DNA of 64,000 bases from Eledone cirrhosa (GCA_964016885.1 OZ024743.1:177630001-177694000), one strand, 5' to 3'. Numbered from the stretch's first letter, positions 32,274 through 56,430 are shown. Translations and numbers: made by a program. The notes: generated by a model from the letters alone, not told the origin.

Positions 32274-35196
32274 TTATTATATATGCTTTTAAGAAACCAC
32301 TGGTAAATGGAATAATTGCCTTATGTTGTTTATTACATAACTATTAAACTCTGTTACCTACATAGCGCACTCTTTTTTCCTGGACTTTTCCGACGGAATT
32401 ACTTCATTTATACAGCTCCAACCAGGATTGATTGAAGCATATTCTATATTACATATACGATTGGCACTTTCCAGCCCTATTAGTTGAGCGCTCTACAGTT
32501 TTCAGGAATTTAACCAACATACACCATGGACCTTTATGAATTGGATTATTCAATCAAAAATATACCTACTCCTTCCAACACAACTTATACCAAAATGCTT
32601 ATAGATAAAACGAACAAGTCGTTAAAAGAATGAGATGGAAGGCAATGGTTTACGATGGACTATTCAGTGCTGATACTAATGATTGTTTTGACATAAAATC
32701 CCGTAAATATCCACCTAGAATTAAAGACATGACCAACTTCGAATTAGACCTTGTTAATCAAATTAGTGATATCAAATTTCGTAAGTACAATAATAACTTT
32801 CAAACTAAACTATCTAACTTTATTTCTAATTTTAGAAACACTTTTGTTCTTTCTGATAAAACTAAAAATCTCTTTGAAGTTAATAGTACTTTGTATAACC
32901 AACTTTTAACTAATAGTATTACCAACAAATATCAATTAACTAATAATAATACCTACAATACTATCAATAAAGAAGCTAAAGAACTAGTTAGTTCTTTAAA
33001 AATAGACAACCGGATTGAAAGCCTAGCTAAGAGTAAAGAATATATTACCCTTAAAGACCATAAATTGGACTTTACTAATCGACCTAGTTGTAGACTGATT
33101 AACCCGGCTAAATCCGAAGTTGGCCTTGCAAGTAAAAAAATCTTAAGAAAAATAATTCTCCAAATTAGAACTAACACTGACCTATCACAGTGGCTAACTA
33201 CTTCTTCTGTTATTTCTTGGTTTAATAATATACAAGGTAAAAATAAGTGCAGATTTACCCAATTTGATATTGTTGATTTTTACCCCTCTATTACTGTTTC
33301 CCTATTAACTAATGCCTTAGATTTTGCAAGACCCTTTATTAATATTTCTAAATTAGAAGAAGACATTATCTTTCATGCTAGAAAAAGTTTACTCTTTACT
33401 AATGAAAATATTTGGGTTAAATAGTCAAACCCTGAAAACTCTTTTGATGTCCCAATGGGTTCATATGACAGTGCGGATGTGTTTGACTTAGTAGGATTAT
33501 TCCTTCTCCACACCCTCAAAGAGAAATTTCCTTCCCATAATATCGGTTTATACCGTGATGGCGGATTGGCAGTTTTCATACCACCAACGGCCATAACCTT
33601 GATAAATTCCGTAAAGATTTAATCAATACTTTTGCTAATCTTAACCTTAAAATCACTATAGATACGAACATTACCAATGCTAACTTTCTTGATATTAATC
33701 TTGATCTACTTACCGCCTCTTTTAAACCTTATCATAAACCTAATGAAAATCTTAGGTATATACACAAAGAGTCTTGCCATCCCCCTATAGTTTTTAATAA
33801 TCTTATTCCTAACATTAGCCGTAGGATTTCTACCTTATCTTCGTCTATAGACATTTTTAATAAATCCGCCCCTTATTATAATAAAGCCCTTAAGAACAGC
33901 CGTTTTACAGAAACATTTTTTTATTTACCTACCCCCCCCCCTCCTAAAACTAACCACAATTAGAGGAAAAGAAAAATTATTTGGTTCACACCCACTTCTC
34001 TCTAACTGTCAAAACTAATGTAGGAAGGAAATTCCTTTAACTCTTAAACAAACATTTTCCTCCTAATCATAGATATTATAAGATATTTAATAGGAACGTA
34101 GTTAAGATCAGTTACTCTTGTTGCCCATCTATGAAGTCCAAGATCACTAGTTCAAATCATACGAGAACAAATCCAGGATGCAGTTGCAGGCAGCCGGATG
34201 AATGCCCATTGCAGGGTAAATGTAACACCAAATCTGTTGTTTATGAGGCTAAAATAACACCGTTAATCAACAACCAGCCAGCCAGGAGTGAGCGATATGT
34301 CGGCATGACCCAGGACAGGTTTAAAACCAGATTTTACTCACATGTCGCTTCTTTTAAGCACTCCGATAAACGAACATCACCGGCTCTCGCAAGTAAGGTG
34401 TGGGAATTCAAGGATAGTAACATCCCGTACTCTATCGATTGGTCTACCAAAAGGACACAAAGAATTGTTCTTTGTGTACCACAGAAAAATATAGGATTTT
34501 GCTAACCTTGAGAGCCACTTCTGCTTGCCTAAACTCAAAGACCGAGATCTTCAGATGTTGTCCTCATCTGAAATCACATCTGATCTGTAACTGGATTGAC
34601 ACTCCTATGATAAATTAACCGCCTTGAACTCCTTCTCTGCTCTTTACTTCTACTACGGTTTTTTTTATTTGCTGAATCCACGTTCTGTACTCTTGTATTC
34701 TTTTTCTCCCTTATCTCCCCTTATATTTCACCTTTTCCTATGTCTCCCCCCCCCCATATATTCTTTTTGCCTTACCCTTCACATACCAAAATGTATGTGT
34801 ATGTGTATATATATATATATATATATGTGTGTATATATATATATATGTAGATAGACCAGGTTTTTTTTATTTTCTGATGATTGAAGGCAAAATTTTTTTG
34901 CTTATAAGAAATCACTGGTGCATGGAATAATTGCCTTGTGTTGTTTATTATATTACTATATATATGTATATGCATATTTTGGAGTTGTATAAGGTTCATA
35001 TGAATTTGTTTACGCATCTCAACGTACACCCACTTACATCTCTCTCTCCACCACCGGATCTTGTTACCCGTAGATTTACCCATTTGCATTATCGAGGCTT
35101 CCAAACGACTTAAAGATATTTACTTATTATTCCACAATGCTTCAAGCAAACTTCAATACTCTCTTATATATATATATACATAAATGTATATATATA

Positions 35197-38100
35197 TATT
35201 GTTATATTTGGGGAGGGTCATATTTGCGTAATATTGCCAGAATTAATAACAGAACACACTCACTGTTTGGTTGGTTTTCGCTTCTCGCTGTCTTTTATAT
35301 ATATATATATCTGCGATCTAACTTACTCGGTCCTCAATGTTGCCATTGACTGACCGGCGGTCAAAAATAATACAGATATAATATAGACACAAACACATAT
35401 ATATAGTTTACATAATTTACATAAATCTTTCGTTGCACATCTGCAACATCGTCAGTGGTGTTATATTCATTGTTCCTCCTGTTGTGTTGTATGTCTACGC
35501 CATTTTTTTTTTGTTCAGTCTGACTATATATTTATTTATTTATTTGCTTGTTTGTTTATCTTATTTTATTTTGTCTTCTTTGCGCATGCGTTTGCGTGTG
35601 TGTATAGTGTTATGTGTGATGTGTGACTAGTGTGTATAGTGTTGTGTCTGCTGGGTGACTAGTGTGTGTTTATGTGCTTGTGTATGTATTTATTTATCTT
35701 ATTTTATTTAATTTTATTTACTTATTTATACTTCTCTTAGGTCAGTGTTGTTTGTTTGGGTGTTGTTGTTGTTCCACTCATTCTTTCTGTTTAGCTTTGG
35801 TCTTCTAATTTCTATTTCACTGGCCTCTCTGATTTGCCTATCTGCTGGGTCATTCCTATGTTTAGATATTATTCTAATTTCTATGTTGTCTATGTTACCG
35901 TCATGTTGTTGTCTAGCATGTTCGTATAGTACTGACCCGTTTTTTCGTCCTTTTAGTTCCCCCCAGTGTTGGTCTATCCTTTCACCTATGCTACGAGCTG
36001 TCTCACCTATGTATGTTGTTGTCATGTTTCTGCAAGTACCCTCTGTACATCTTATGCTATAGACTACGTTTCTAGTTTTACAGTTTATCCGGGGGTTCAC
36101 CTTACATATGATACATTTCCTATTGGTACAGTGGGTTTTCTTAAAAGGGTAGGTTTTGCTGATCAGGGATTTTATGGTGGTTCCTGGCTTTTCTACCACC
36201 TTTATTTTTAAGTGGGTCTTTCTCAGGGCCTTTCTACACTGGTTAGCTAATTTCCCTCCAGGGGTGGCGTCCACAAACATGACACTCTGATATCTCTGGT
36301 TGTCGTACCATGATGTGGCCTTCCCTATCTTATGTCTAGCCCTATCTTAGCTATTCCATGATTTGCTCCTGTATAGTGGGCAAATTCCTTTCATGTCCAG
36401 TTCTATGAGGGTCTTATACTTTTCCATGGCTCCTTCGTATACTCTGACTCTGTCTCTTTGGTTGTAGCCAGAGAACTGCATGCGGTTGATGAAGTGTTGG
36501 ATGTGTCCTTCCATTTCTGTTGGGTCGCACATGCTGGACACATTCTTCATCACTCGTACCAAATCTGCGATCAGAATATTAAACTTAGCACTACTGGACA
36601 TTGCTGAGTTTTTGAGTATCAGGTATTTGGAGGCCATGGGTTTAGCATAGTGTGAGTGGAGAATTTGGGCTCTCTCGTCTATAGTGTTAATCCAGAGTTC
36701 TGTGTCTAATACAGGTAGTCTATTGTTAGGGTGTTTGGAAGGGAAGTCTATAGTTACAGTTATACTCTGGTGTATGGAATTAGCTATCTGCTGGATGCTT
36801 TCCATCGTGCTACGTTCTAAATCAAACTTGTTAGTGCTCTCTAGTGGGGGTGTTCTTATAACTATATTGATATCGTCTACATAACGAGAGTACATGATGA
36901 GGTCTATGGAGCTTTCATTAAGGAGATCTTTAAGTCTCCTTTCCCACCATACCATGAAAAGGTTGGCAACATCACCAGCTATGCTGACGCCGATGGCTGC
37001 TCCCTCATTTTGGGTGTAGATTTTCTCATTGAACTTAAATATGTGGCCCTTTAGGGTAGTTTTGATACTAGCCCCTATTGCATGTGCGACCATTTTTCTT
37101 ACCTGATCAGTGTTTTGGGGGGTCCGTATAGCTTTGGTCCACCCAATCCACCTTCCTATGGGAGTCTTTTTAGCCATTGAGGTTATGGTGGGGGGTCTAC
37201 CTCTTATAGGTCTACTAGGGCAGAAATATCTAAGGTCATGGCTGTCTAGGTAGTCAGTGTCGTAGGTAAGTCTAAGTAGGAGGCCCAGTTCGTCTGTGTC
37301 GACGTCGCAGAACTCCACCTCACTCTCAATGATCATCTCCAAACATCTTTTCACAGCAAAATCAATGTTAATGGATGGGTACAGTGACACCACATCCATG
37401 CTGCCTATTATGCAGTTGGATAGGCTCCTGTTTTTGTTGCACTCACTGATTCTGCTGAGGAGGTCCTCTGTACTTTCACATACATCTGGGGACATCTTGA
37501 TTATGGGGCGTATAACCATTGAGAGGAAGTAGGAGATCCTGTAGTTGCTAGCTATATTAGCTCCGCATACGGGTCTTGTTGGTGGTCCTGTTGTCGGGTC
37601 GTCGACTGTCTTGTGGTCTTTGCGGAGCCCATACAAGGGTGGTATGCCATTGTTAGACGCCTGGAAGTTGTTGGCAGTGCGTCTGCTTGGCTTTAGGATG
37701 TCAGTCCACATCATCATGTGAGCGTTGAGGATTTTTTCTCTCCCATCGTGTGTTAGTTGTGCAACTTTGCTCGTGTTGGTGATGTGGGGTTGCATTGCCT
37801 CGATGTAGTTCGGCATGCTATCTATTGACATCCTACCAGACTTATCTGTGGGTAGACACACTACCTCACCATCCCTTGTGCGCTGCTTGAGGCTAACCAA
37901 GCCTTCTACAGGTTTTATCCCAAGTTGTTGGGCCTCTGGTCTGCTCTGTCTCATAGTGTACCTGTCTACTACTTGTCTAATCTTATTTCTAGCTATGGTG
38001 AACTGTGCCTCCGTCTCGTCATCTATTTGCTGTGGTATGCAAACTCTTTTATTAAAGGGTAACCTCGTAGGATAGATATTACCCATCTTATATGTTTTGT

Positions 38101-38712
38101 CAGCTGGGTTGAAAAATAGTTTCTCTAAGGGGTTGTCGTTATTTCTATCGTCATAGTTGTGTGTGTTGCTATTATTGTTATCATGGTGGTTGTTGTTGTT
38201 TCTATCATTAGCATTAATATTATTATTGTTATGATTGCTAGATGTATTGTTGTTTACTTCACCGTTATTGTTGTTGTTGTTACTGCTATTTCTACCATTG
38301 TGGTTGTTACTATTATTATGTTTCTTGTTTTTGTTGATGTTGCTACATGTGCTATTTCCATTATTACCACTGTGGTTATTGTTGTTGTTGTTGTTCGTAT
38401 TGTTACCGTTATTACTACTGTGGTCACTGTTGCTGTGTCTGTGGTTAACGTTTCTATTATTATTATTATTATTATTGTGGTTGTTGTTGTTCTGTCTATC
38501 GCTAGTATTATTGCCATTATCACTATTTCTCACTTTCCTGCCATTGTTATGGTTATGGCTGTTATTTCTATACCCAGAGTTATTGTTTATATTACTACTA
38601 CCGTTATTATTGTTGTTGTTGTTTACCTTTGCATTCCAACGTATTTTTGTGAAACACTTTTCCAGCTCCGTTTTGCATTCCATAGGGTTAATCTTTTTGT
38701 AGATGGCAAAAA
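35197..38712 (-). mobile_element. PLE, near-intact RT + GIY-YIG with one nonsense codon, 5'-truncated
   Basis: PTDKSG, LYGLRKDHK, SMDVVSLYPSI, GAAIG, YSRYVDD, VVYSIRC..YIGETAR..H..E..LN. TAA at 36347-36349 is TTA in the sister arm. Confidence 0.92.
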
Positions 38713-40736
38713 GGTAAACAACAACAACAATAATAACGGTAGTAGTAATATAAACAATAACTCTGGGTATAGAAATAACAGCCATAACCATAACAATGGC
38801 AGGAAAGTGAGAAATAGTGATAATGGCAATAATACTAGCGATAGACAGAACAACAACAACCACAATAATAATAATAATAATAGAAACGTTAACCACAGAC
38901 ACAGCAACAGTGACCACAGTAGTAATAACGGTAACAATACGAACAACAACAACAACAATAACCACAGTGGTAATAATGGAAATAGCACATGTAGCAACAT
39001 CAACAAAAACAAGAAACATAGCTCCATAGACCTCATCATGTACTCTCGTTATGTAGACGATATCAATATAGTTATAAGAACACCCCCACTAGAGAGCACT
39101 AACAAGTTTGATTTAGAACGTAGCACGATGGAAAGCATCCAGCAGATAGCTAATTCCATACACCAGAGTATAACTGTAACTATAGACTTCCCTTCCAAAC
39201 ACCCTAACAATAGACTACCTGTATTAGACACAGAACTCTGGATTAACACTATAGACGAGAGAGCCCAAATTCTCCACTCACACTATGCTAAACCCATGGC
39301 CTCCAAATACCTGATACTCAAAAACTCAGCAATGTCCAGTAGTGCTAAGTTTAATATTCTGATCGCAGATTTGGTACGAGTGATGAAGAATGTGTCCAGC
39401 ATGTGCGACCCAACAGAAATGGAAGGACACATCCAACACTTCATCAACCGCATGCAGTTCTCTGGCTACAACCAAAGAGACAGAGTCAGAGTATACGAAG
39501 AGCCATGGAAAAGTATAAGACCCTCATAGAACTGGACATGAAAGGAATTTGCCACTATACAGGAGCAAATCATGGAATAGCTTAGATAGGGCTAGACATA
39601 AGATAGGGAAGGCCACATCATGGTACGACAACCAGAGATATCAGAGTGTCATGTTTGTGGACGCCACCCCTGGAGGGAAATTAGCTAACCAGTGTAGAAA
39701 GGCCCTGAGAAAGACCCACTTAAAAATAAAGGTGTTAGAAAAAGCCAGGAACCCACCATAAAATCCCTGATCAGCAAAACCTACCCTTTTAAGAAAACCC
39801 ACTGTACCAATAGGAAATGTATCATATGTAAGGTGAACCCCCGGATAAACTGTAAAACTAGAAACGTAGTCTATAGCATAAGATGTACAGAGGGTACTTG
39901 CAGAAACATGACAACAACATACATAGGTGAGACAGCTCGTAGCATAGGTGAAAGGATAGACCAACACTGGGGGGAACTAAAAGGACGAAAAAACGGGTCA
40001 GTACTATACGAACATGCTAGACAACAACATGACGGTAACATAGACAACATAGAAATTAGAATAATATCTAAACATAGGAATGACCCAGCAGATAGGCAAA
40101 TCAGAGAGGCCAGTGAAATAGAAATTAGAAGACCAAAGCTAAACAGAAAGAATGAGTGGAACAACAACAACACCCAAACAAACAACACTGACCTAAGAGA
40201 AGTATAAATAAGTAAATAAAATTAAATAAAATAAGATAAATAAATACATACACAAGCACATAAACACACACTAGTCACCCAGCAGACACAATACTATGCA
40301 CACTAGTCACACATCACACATAACACTATACACACACGCAAACGCATGCGCAAAAGAAGACAAAATAAAATAAGATAAACAAACAAGCAAATAAATAAAT
40401 AAATATATAGACAGACTGAACAAAAAAAAAAATGGCGTAGACATACAACACAACAGGATGAACAATGAATATAACACCACTGACGATGTTGCAGATGTGC
40501 AACGAAAGATTTATGTAAATTATGTAAACTATATATATGTGTTTGTGTCTATATTATATCTGTATTATTTTTGACCGCCGGTCAGTCAATGGCAACATTG
40601 AGGACCGAGTAAGTTAGATCGCAGATATATATATATAAAAGACAGCGAGAAGCGAAAACCAACCAAACAGTGAGTGTGTTCTGTTATTAATTCTGGCAAT
40701 ATTACGCAAATATGACCTCCCCAAATATAACAATAT
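38710..40736 (+). mobile_element. Inverted partial copies of the same PLE
   Basis: 38710-39020 is the reverse complement of 38317-38630. 39020-40736 is the reverse complement of 35197-36913, with small indels. Confidence 0.9.
40471..40523 (+). ncRNA. HHR-like motif in the PLE 3' UTR (mirror at 35412-35464, minus)
   Basis: CTGACGA-t-GTTGCA gatg TGCAAC-GAAA-GATT-TA. Stem I is weak. Confidence 0.55.
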
Positions 40737-40791
40737 CTGTTTCGACACACGATTTCATATAAAAAACCTCGCAAAACTAATTCATCGCCGC

Positions 40792-47130
<6,339 letters not shown>

Positions 47131-47226
47131 AGATCAAAAGATGGTTAAAGGAGTTCCATATATTTTATTATGCGCATTTCAAAAACAAACATCATCAAGC
47201 AATAATATTTGTGTTTTCATCAGATA

Positions 47227-47426
47227 NNNNNNNNNNNNNNNNNNNNNNNNNNNNNNNNNNNNNNNNNNNNNNNNNNNNNNNNNNNNNNNNNNNNNNNNNN
47301 NNNNNNNNNNNNNNNNNNNNNNNNNNNNNNNNNNNNNNNNNNNNNNNNNNNNNNNNNNNNNNNNNNNNNNNNNNNNNNNNNNNNNNNNNNNNNNNNNNNN
47401 NNNNNNNNNNNNNNNNNNNNNNNNNN
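47227..47426. other. Assembly gap (200 N)
   Basis: Directly visible. Confidence 0.99.
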
Positions 47427-48811
47427 TGGCTCTCCTAGTAGGGTCCTAAAATGGTCTAGCCATTTCCTCTTCCTATCCTCGGGCCCCGTTCCCTGGATCT
47501 GACTCGAACACCTTTTCTTCCTCCCTGTGATCTCGTTGATGATCATCCAGCTCTCCTTACATCCAGATCTGTCAACCGCTCTCTCCACACTTCTGATCTC
47601 CTCTATCAGTGCCTCCTCTCTGACCTCAGTGTAAGCGGTACAGAGCTCTTCCCTCATCACCTCTACAGTCTCCATCCTCTCCTCCGTAGGATCAGCATAG
47701 AATTGGTCCCTGGCAGCTTTCAGGTGTTCTCTGGCTGCACACACTTTTGGGTTTGCAGAGCTGACGTGCTTCCCTTTGTTCTTTTTCCCTTTTGTTTTTC
47801 CACGAGAGGATAGTGGACCTGATATCACTGCTCTACACCAACACCAAAGCCCAAGTCATTACACCTGATGGGATGACAGAGTTCTTTGAGATACTGGCTG
47901 GAGTGCTCCAGGAAGATACATTGGCTCCCTACCTTTTTATCATCGTAGTGGACTATTGTATGCGCCTTGCACTGGAGAAACACCAGGACACTGGCTTTAC
48001 TGTAGCACCGGCTCAGAGCAGGAGAGTTGGGGCGAAAAAGGTATCGGATGCTGAATTTGCCGACGACATAGTTTTGGTGACAAATACAGTGAAGGAGGCA
48101 GAGGATTTGATGCGGGAGGTTGAGACTGTGTCGATGAGTGTGGGGCTGAGAATGAATGAGACTAAAACAAAATATCTGGTAGAGAATGTTGAGAAGCCAG
48201 AGGGGATCACTAATGTAGGCGGGAAGCCGCTGGAATTGGTTGAGGACTTCCTGTATTTGGGAGCAAAGATTGGGAATACGGAAGATGATGTGGTTGAGAG
48301 GAAGAGCAAGGCCTGGGCGGCGTGTCACAGCTTGAGATCGGTGTGGAAGTCGGACCTTCGTAGAGACCTGAAAATCCGCCTCTTCATTGCTGTAGTGGAG
48401 TCTGTGCTGCTGTATGGGTCTGAGACTTGGACACTGACCAAGAGACTCACTCAGATGGTGGATGGGTGCTACACGAGAATGCTGAGGATGGCTCTGAACA
48501 TTAATCAGTATACACTGAGGATGAAAAACTCAGAGCTGTATGGGAGCATCCCAAAACTCAGCTCAAAAGTGACAGAGGAGACTGAGGTTGGCTGGACATG
48601 CTCACCGACATCCAGAGTTTACATTGCACTCAGTGCTCCTTTGGGAGCCCCTACATGGACACACTAGAAGAGGAAGACCAAGGTTAACATATGTTGATGC
48701 CCTAATGACAGACACTGGTCTGTTGGAGATGCAGGATATGGCAGCGATAATGAGGGACAGAGACCGCTGGAGAGAACTCGTCCATGGATCTCGGGAATTT
48801 TACCCGCCTTA
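47427..48811 (+). mobile_element. RTE-like LINE RT 3' half with an inverted upstream segment (47427 to about 47795)
   Basis: GVLQEDTLAPYLF, EFADDI, FLYLG, VLLYGSETW, RGRPRLTY. The minus part encodes a linker-like WMIINEITGRKK..WLDHFRTLL. Confidence 0.88.
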
Positions 48812-49148
48812 GATAGATATACATATATACATATATATATACACATATATATATATACATACACATATATATATACATATATATACATACACATATATAT
48901 ATATACATACACATATATATATACATATATATACATACACATATATATACATATCTATACACATATATATATACATACACATATATATACATATCTATAC
49001 ATATATATATACATACACATATATATACATATCTATACATATATATATATATACATACACATATATATACATATATATATACATACACATATATATACAT
49101 ATCTATACATATATATATATATACATACACATATATATATATATACAT

Positions 49149-49179
<31 letters not shown>

Positions 49180-49768
49180 CCTACACATATATATACATAC
49201 ACATATATATATATATATATATATACATACACATATAGATACATACACACATATATATATATATATATATATACATACACATATATATACATACACATAT
49301 ATATATATATATATATACATACACATATATATACATACACATACACATATATATACATACACATATATATATATATATATATATACATACACATATATAT
49401 ACATACACATATACATACACATATATATACATATCTATACATATATACATACATACACATATATATATACATATCTATACATATATATATATCTATACAT
49501 ACACATATATATATACATATCTATACATATATATATATATCTATACATACACATATATATATACATATCTATACATACACATATATATACATATCTATAC
49601 ATACACATATATATATACATATCTATACATATATATATATATACATACATACACATATATATATACATATCTATACATATATATATATATACATATCTAT
49701 ACATATATATATACATACATACACATATATATATACATATCTATACATATATATATATATACATACAC

Positions 49769-49799
<31 letters not shown>

Positions 49800-50186
49800 C
49801 ATACATACACATATATATATACATATCTATACATATATATATACATACATACACATATATATATACATATCTATACATATATATATACATACATACACAT
49901 ATATATATACATATATATATATATATACATACACATATATATATACATATATATACACATATATATACATATCTATATATATATATACATACACATATAT
50001 ATATACATATCTATATATATATATACATACACATATATATATACATATCTATACATATATATATATATATATATACATACATACATATATACATATCTAT
50101 ACATATATATATATATATATATACATACATACATATATACATATCTATACATATATATATATATATATATACATACACATATATAT

Positions 50187-50217
<31 letters not shown>

Positions 50218-50598
50218 CATACACATATATATATACATATCTATACATATATATACATACACATATATATATACATATCTATACATATATATATATATAT
50301 ATACAATCACATATATATATATATACATATCTATACATACACATATCTATACACATATCTATACATATATATATATATATATATACATACATACACATAT
50401 CTATACACATATCTATACATATATATATATATATATATACATACATACACATATCTATACACATATCTATACATATATATATATATATATACATACATAC
50501 ACATATCTATACACATATCTATACATATATATATATATATATATACATACATACATACACATATCTATACATATATATATATATACATACACATATCT

Positions 50599-50635
<37 letters not shown>

Positions 50636-51028
50636 CACATATCTATACATATATATATATATATATACATACACATATCTATACATATATATATATATAT
50701 ATACATACACATATCTATACATATATATATATATATATACATACACATATCTATACATATATATATATATATATATATACATACACATATCTATACATAT
50801 ATATATATATATATATATACATACACATATCTATACATATATATATATATATATATATACATACACATATCTATACATATATATATATATATATATATAC
50901 ATACACATATCTATACATATATATATATATATATATATACATACACATATATATATATATATATATACATACACATATATATATATATATATATACATAC
51001 ACATATATATATATATATATATATACAT

Positions 51029-51073
<45 letters not shown>

Positions 51074-51081
51074 CACATACC

Positions 51082-51112
<31 letters not shown>

Positions 51113-51278
51113 ATACACATATCTATACATATATATATATATATATATATACATACACATATCTATACATATATATATATATATATATACATACACATAT
51201 CTATACATATATATATATATATACATACACATATCTATACATATATATATATATATATATATGTACATACACATATCT

Positions 51279-51313
<35 letters not shown>

Positions 51314-51419
51314 CACATATATATATATATATATATATACATACACATATCTATACATATATATATATACATACACATATCTATACATATATATATATAT
51401 ATATATACATACACATATC

Positions 51420-51450
<31 letters not shown>

Positions 51451-51462
51451 ATACACATATCT

Positions 51463-51500
<38 letters not shown>

Positions 51501-51502
51501 CT

Positions 51503-51537
<35 letters not shown>

Positions 51538-52285
51538 CACATATCTATACATATATATATATATATATACATACACATATCTATACATATATATATATAT
51601 ATATATACATACACATATCTATACATATATATATATATATATACATACACATATCTATACATATATATATATATATACATACACATATCTATACATATAT
51701 ATATATATATATACATACACATATCTATACATATATATATATATATACATACACATATCTATACATATATATATATATATATATACATACACATATCTAT
51801 ACATATATATATATATATATATACATACACATATCTATACATATATATATATATATATATACATACACATATCTATACATATATATATATATATATATAT
51901 ACATACACATATCTATACATATATATATATATATATACATACACATATCTATACATATATATATATATATATATATACATACACATATCTATACATATAT
52001 ATATATATATACATACATACACATATCTATACATATATATATATATATACATACATACACATATCTATACATATATATATATATATATACATACATACAC
52101 ATATCTATACATATATATATATATACATACATACACATATCTATACATATATATATATATACATACATACACATATCTATACATATATATATATATATAC
52201 ATACATACACATATCTATACATATATATATATATATACATACATACACATATCTATACATATATATATATATACATACACATATC

Positions 52286-52316
<31 letters not shown>

Positions 52317-52330
52317 ATACACATATCTAT

Positions 52331-52365
<35 letters not shown>

Positions 52366-52377
52366 CACATATCTATA

Positions 52378-52408
<31 letters not shown>

Positions 52409-54365
52409 ACACATATCTATACATATATATATATATATATACATACATACACATATCTATACATATATATATATATATATATACATACACATATCTATAC
52501 ATATATATATATATATACATACATACACATATCTATATACATACATACACATATCTATACATATATATATATACATACATACACATATTTATACATATAT
52601 ATATATATATACATACATACACATATCTATACATATATATATATATATACATACATACACATATCTATACATATATATATACATACATACACATATCTAT
52701 ACATATATATATATATATATATATACATACATACACATATCTATACATATATATATATATATACATACATACACATATCTATACATATATACATACATAC
52801 ACATATCTATACATATATATATATATACATACATACACATATATATACATATATATATATATACATACATACACATATATATACATATATACATACATAC
52901 ACACATACACATATATATACATATATATATATATACATACACATATATATACATATATATATATATACATACATATACATACATATATATATATATATAC
53001 ATACATACACATATATATACATATATATATATATACATACATACACATATATATACATATATATATATATACATACATACACATATATATACATATATAT
53101 ATATATACATACATACACATATATATATATATACATACATACACATATATATACATATATATATATATACATACATACACATATATATACATATATATAT
53201 ATATATACATACATATACATATATATACATATATATATATATATACATACATATACATATATATACATATATATATATATACATACATATACATATATAT
53301 ACATATATATATATACATACATATACATATATATACATATATATATATACATACATACACATATATATATATACATATATATACACATACATATATATAC
53401 ATATATATACACATACATACACATATATATACATATATATAGACATACATACACATATATATACATATATATACACATACATACACATATATATACATAT
53501 ATATACACATACATACACATATATATACATATATATACACATACATACACATATATATACATATATATACACATACATACACATATATATACACATACAT
53601 ACACATATATATACATATATATACACATACATACACATATATATACATATATATACACATACATACACATATATATACATATATATACACATACATACAC
53701 ATATATATACATATATATACACATACATACACATATATATACACATACATACACATATATATACATACATACACATATATATACATATATATACATACAT
53801 ACACATATATATACATATATATACATACATACACATATATATACATATATATACATACATACACATATATATACATATATATACATACATACACATATAT
53901 ATACATATATATACATACATACACATATATATACATATATATACATACATACACATATATATACATATATATACATACATACACATATATATACATATAT
54001 ATACATACATACACATATATACATACATACATACATATACATACATACATACACATATATATATATATACATACACATATATATATATATACATACACAT
54101 ATATATATATATATACATACATACATATACATATATATACATACATACATATATATACATACATACATATACATATATATATATATACATACATATACAT
54201 ATATATATATATACATACATACATATACATATATATATATATACATACATACACATATATATATATATACATACATACATATACATATATATATTATACA
54301 TACATACATATATATACATACATACATATACATATATATACATACATACATACATATACATATAT

Positions 54366-54398
<33 letters not shown>

Positions 54399-55974
54399 CA
54401 TACATACATATATATATATATACATACATACATATATATATATATACATACATACATATACATATATATATATACATACATACATACATATACATATATA
54501 TATATACATACATACACATATATATATATACATACATACATACATATACATATATACATACATACATATACATATATATATACATACATACATATACATA
54601 CATACATATATACATACATACATATACATATATATATACATACATACATATACATATATATATACATACATACATATACATATATATATATATATACATA
54701 CATATACATATATATATATATACATACATATACATATATATATATATATACATACATACATATACATATACATACATATACATATATATATACATACACA
54801 TATATATATACATACATACATATACATATATACATATATATATACATACATATACATATATATATACATACATACATACATATACATATATATACATACA
54901 TACACATATATATACATATACATACATATACATATACATACATACACATATATATACATATACATACATATACATACATATACATATACATACATACACA
55001 TATATATACATATACATACATATACATATACATACATACACATATATATACATATACATACATACACATATATATACATATACATACATATACATATACA
55101 TACATACACATATATATACATATACATACATACACATATATATACATATACATACATACACATATATATACATATATATATATATACATATACACATATA
55201 TATACATATATATATATATACATATACACATATATATACATATATATATATATACATACATACACATATATATATATATACATACATACACATATATATA
55301 CATATATATATATATACATACATACACATATATATACATATATATATATATACATACATACACATATATATACATATATATATATATACATACATACACA
55401 TATACATACATACATATATATATACATACATACACATATACATACATACACATATATATACATATATATACATACATACACATACATATATATACATACA
55501 TACACATATATATATATACATACATACACATATATATATATACATACATACACATATATATATATACATACATACACATATATATATATACATACATACA
55601 CATATATATATATACATACATACACATATATATATACATACATACACATATATATATACATACATACACATATATATATACATACATACACATATATATA
55701 TACATACATACACATATATATATATACATACATACACATATATATATACATACATACACATATATATATATACATACATACACATATATATACATACATA
55801 CACATATATATACATACATACACATATATATATACATACATACACATATATATATACATACATACCCATATATATATATACATACATACCCATATATATA
55901 TATACATACATACACATATATATATATACATACATACACATATATATACATACATACATATATATATACATACA

Positions 55975-56008
<34 letters not shown>

Positions 56009-56072
56009 CATACACATATATATACATACATACACATATATATACATATATATATATATATATACATACATA

Positions 56073-56104
<32 letters not shown>

Positions 56105-56430
56105 CATACACATATATATACATATATATATACATACACATATATATACATATACATACATACACATATATATACATATATATATATATATACATACACA
56201 TATACATATATATACATATACATACATACACATATATATACATATATATATATATACATACACATATATATACATATATATATATATATACATACACATA
56301 TATATACATATACATACATACACATATATATACATACATACACATATATATACATATACATACATACACACACACATACATATACATATACACACACACA
56401 CATATACACTCACATACACGTATACATAAA
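48812..56430. repeat. 7.6-kb compound TA/CA/CT microsatellite-derived tract
   Basis: Blocks of (TA)n-CATACACATATCTATA, then TACA-rich units. Confidence 0.95.

Noticed and set aside
36347-36349. Programmed readthrough between RT and endonuclease
   Set aside because: The sister arm has TTA at this codon, so it is a nonsense mutation or sequencing error.
38713-39019. Hydrophobic N-terminus of the 890-aa ORF, and the 456-aa plus ORF
   Set aside because: Antisense reading of the inverted Asn-rich block, not a transmembrane domain.
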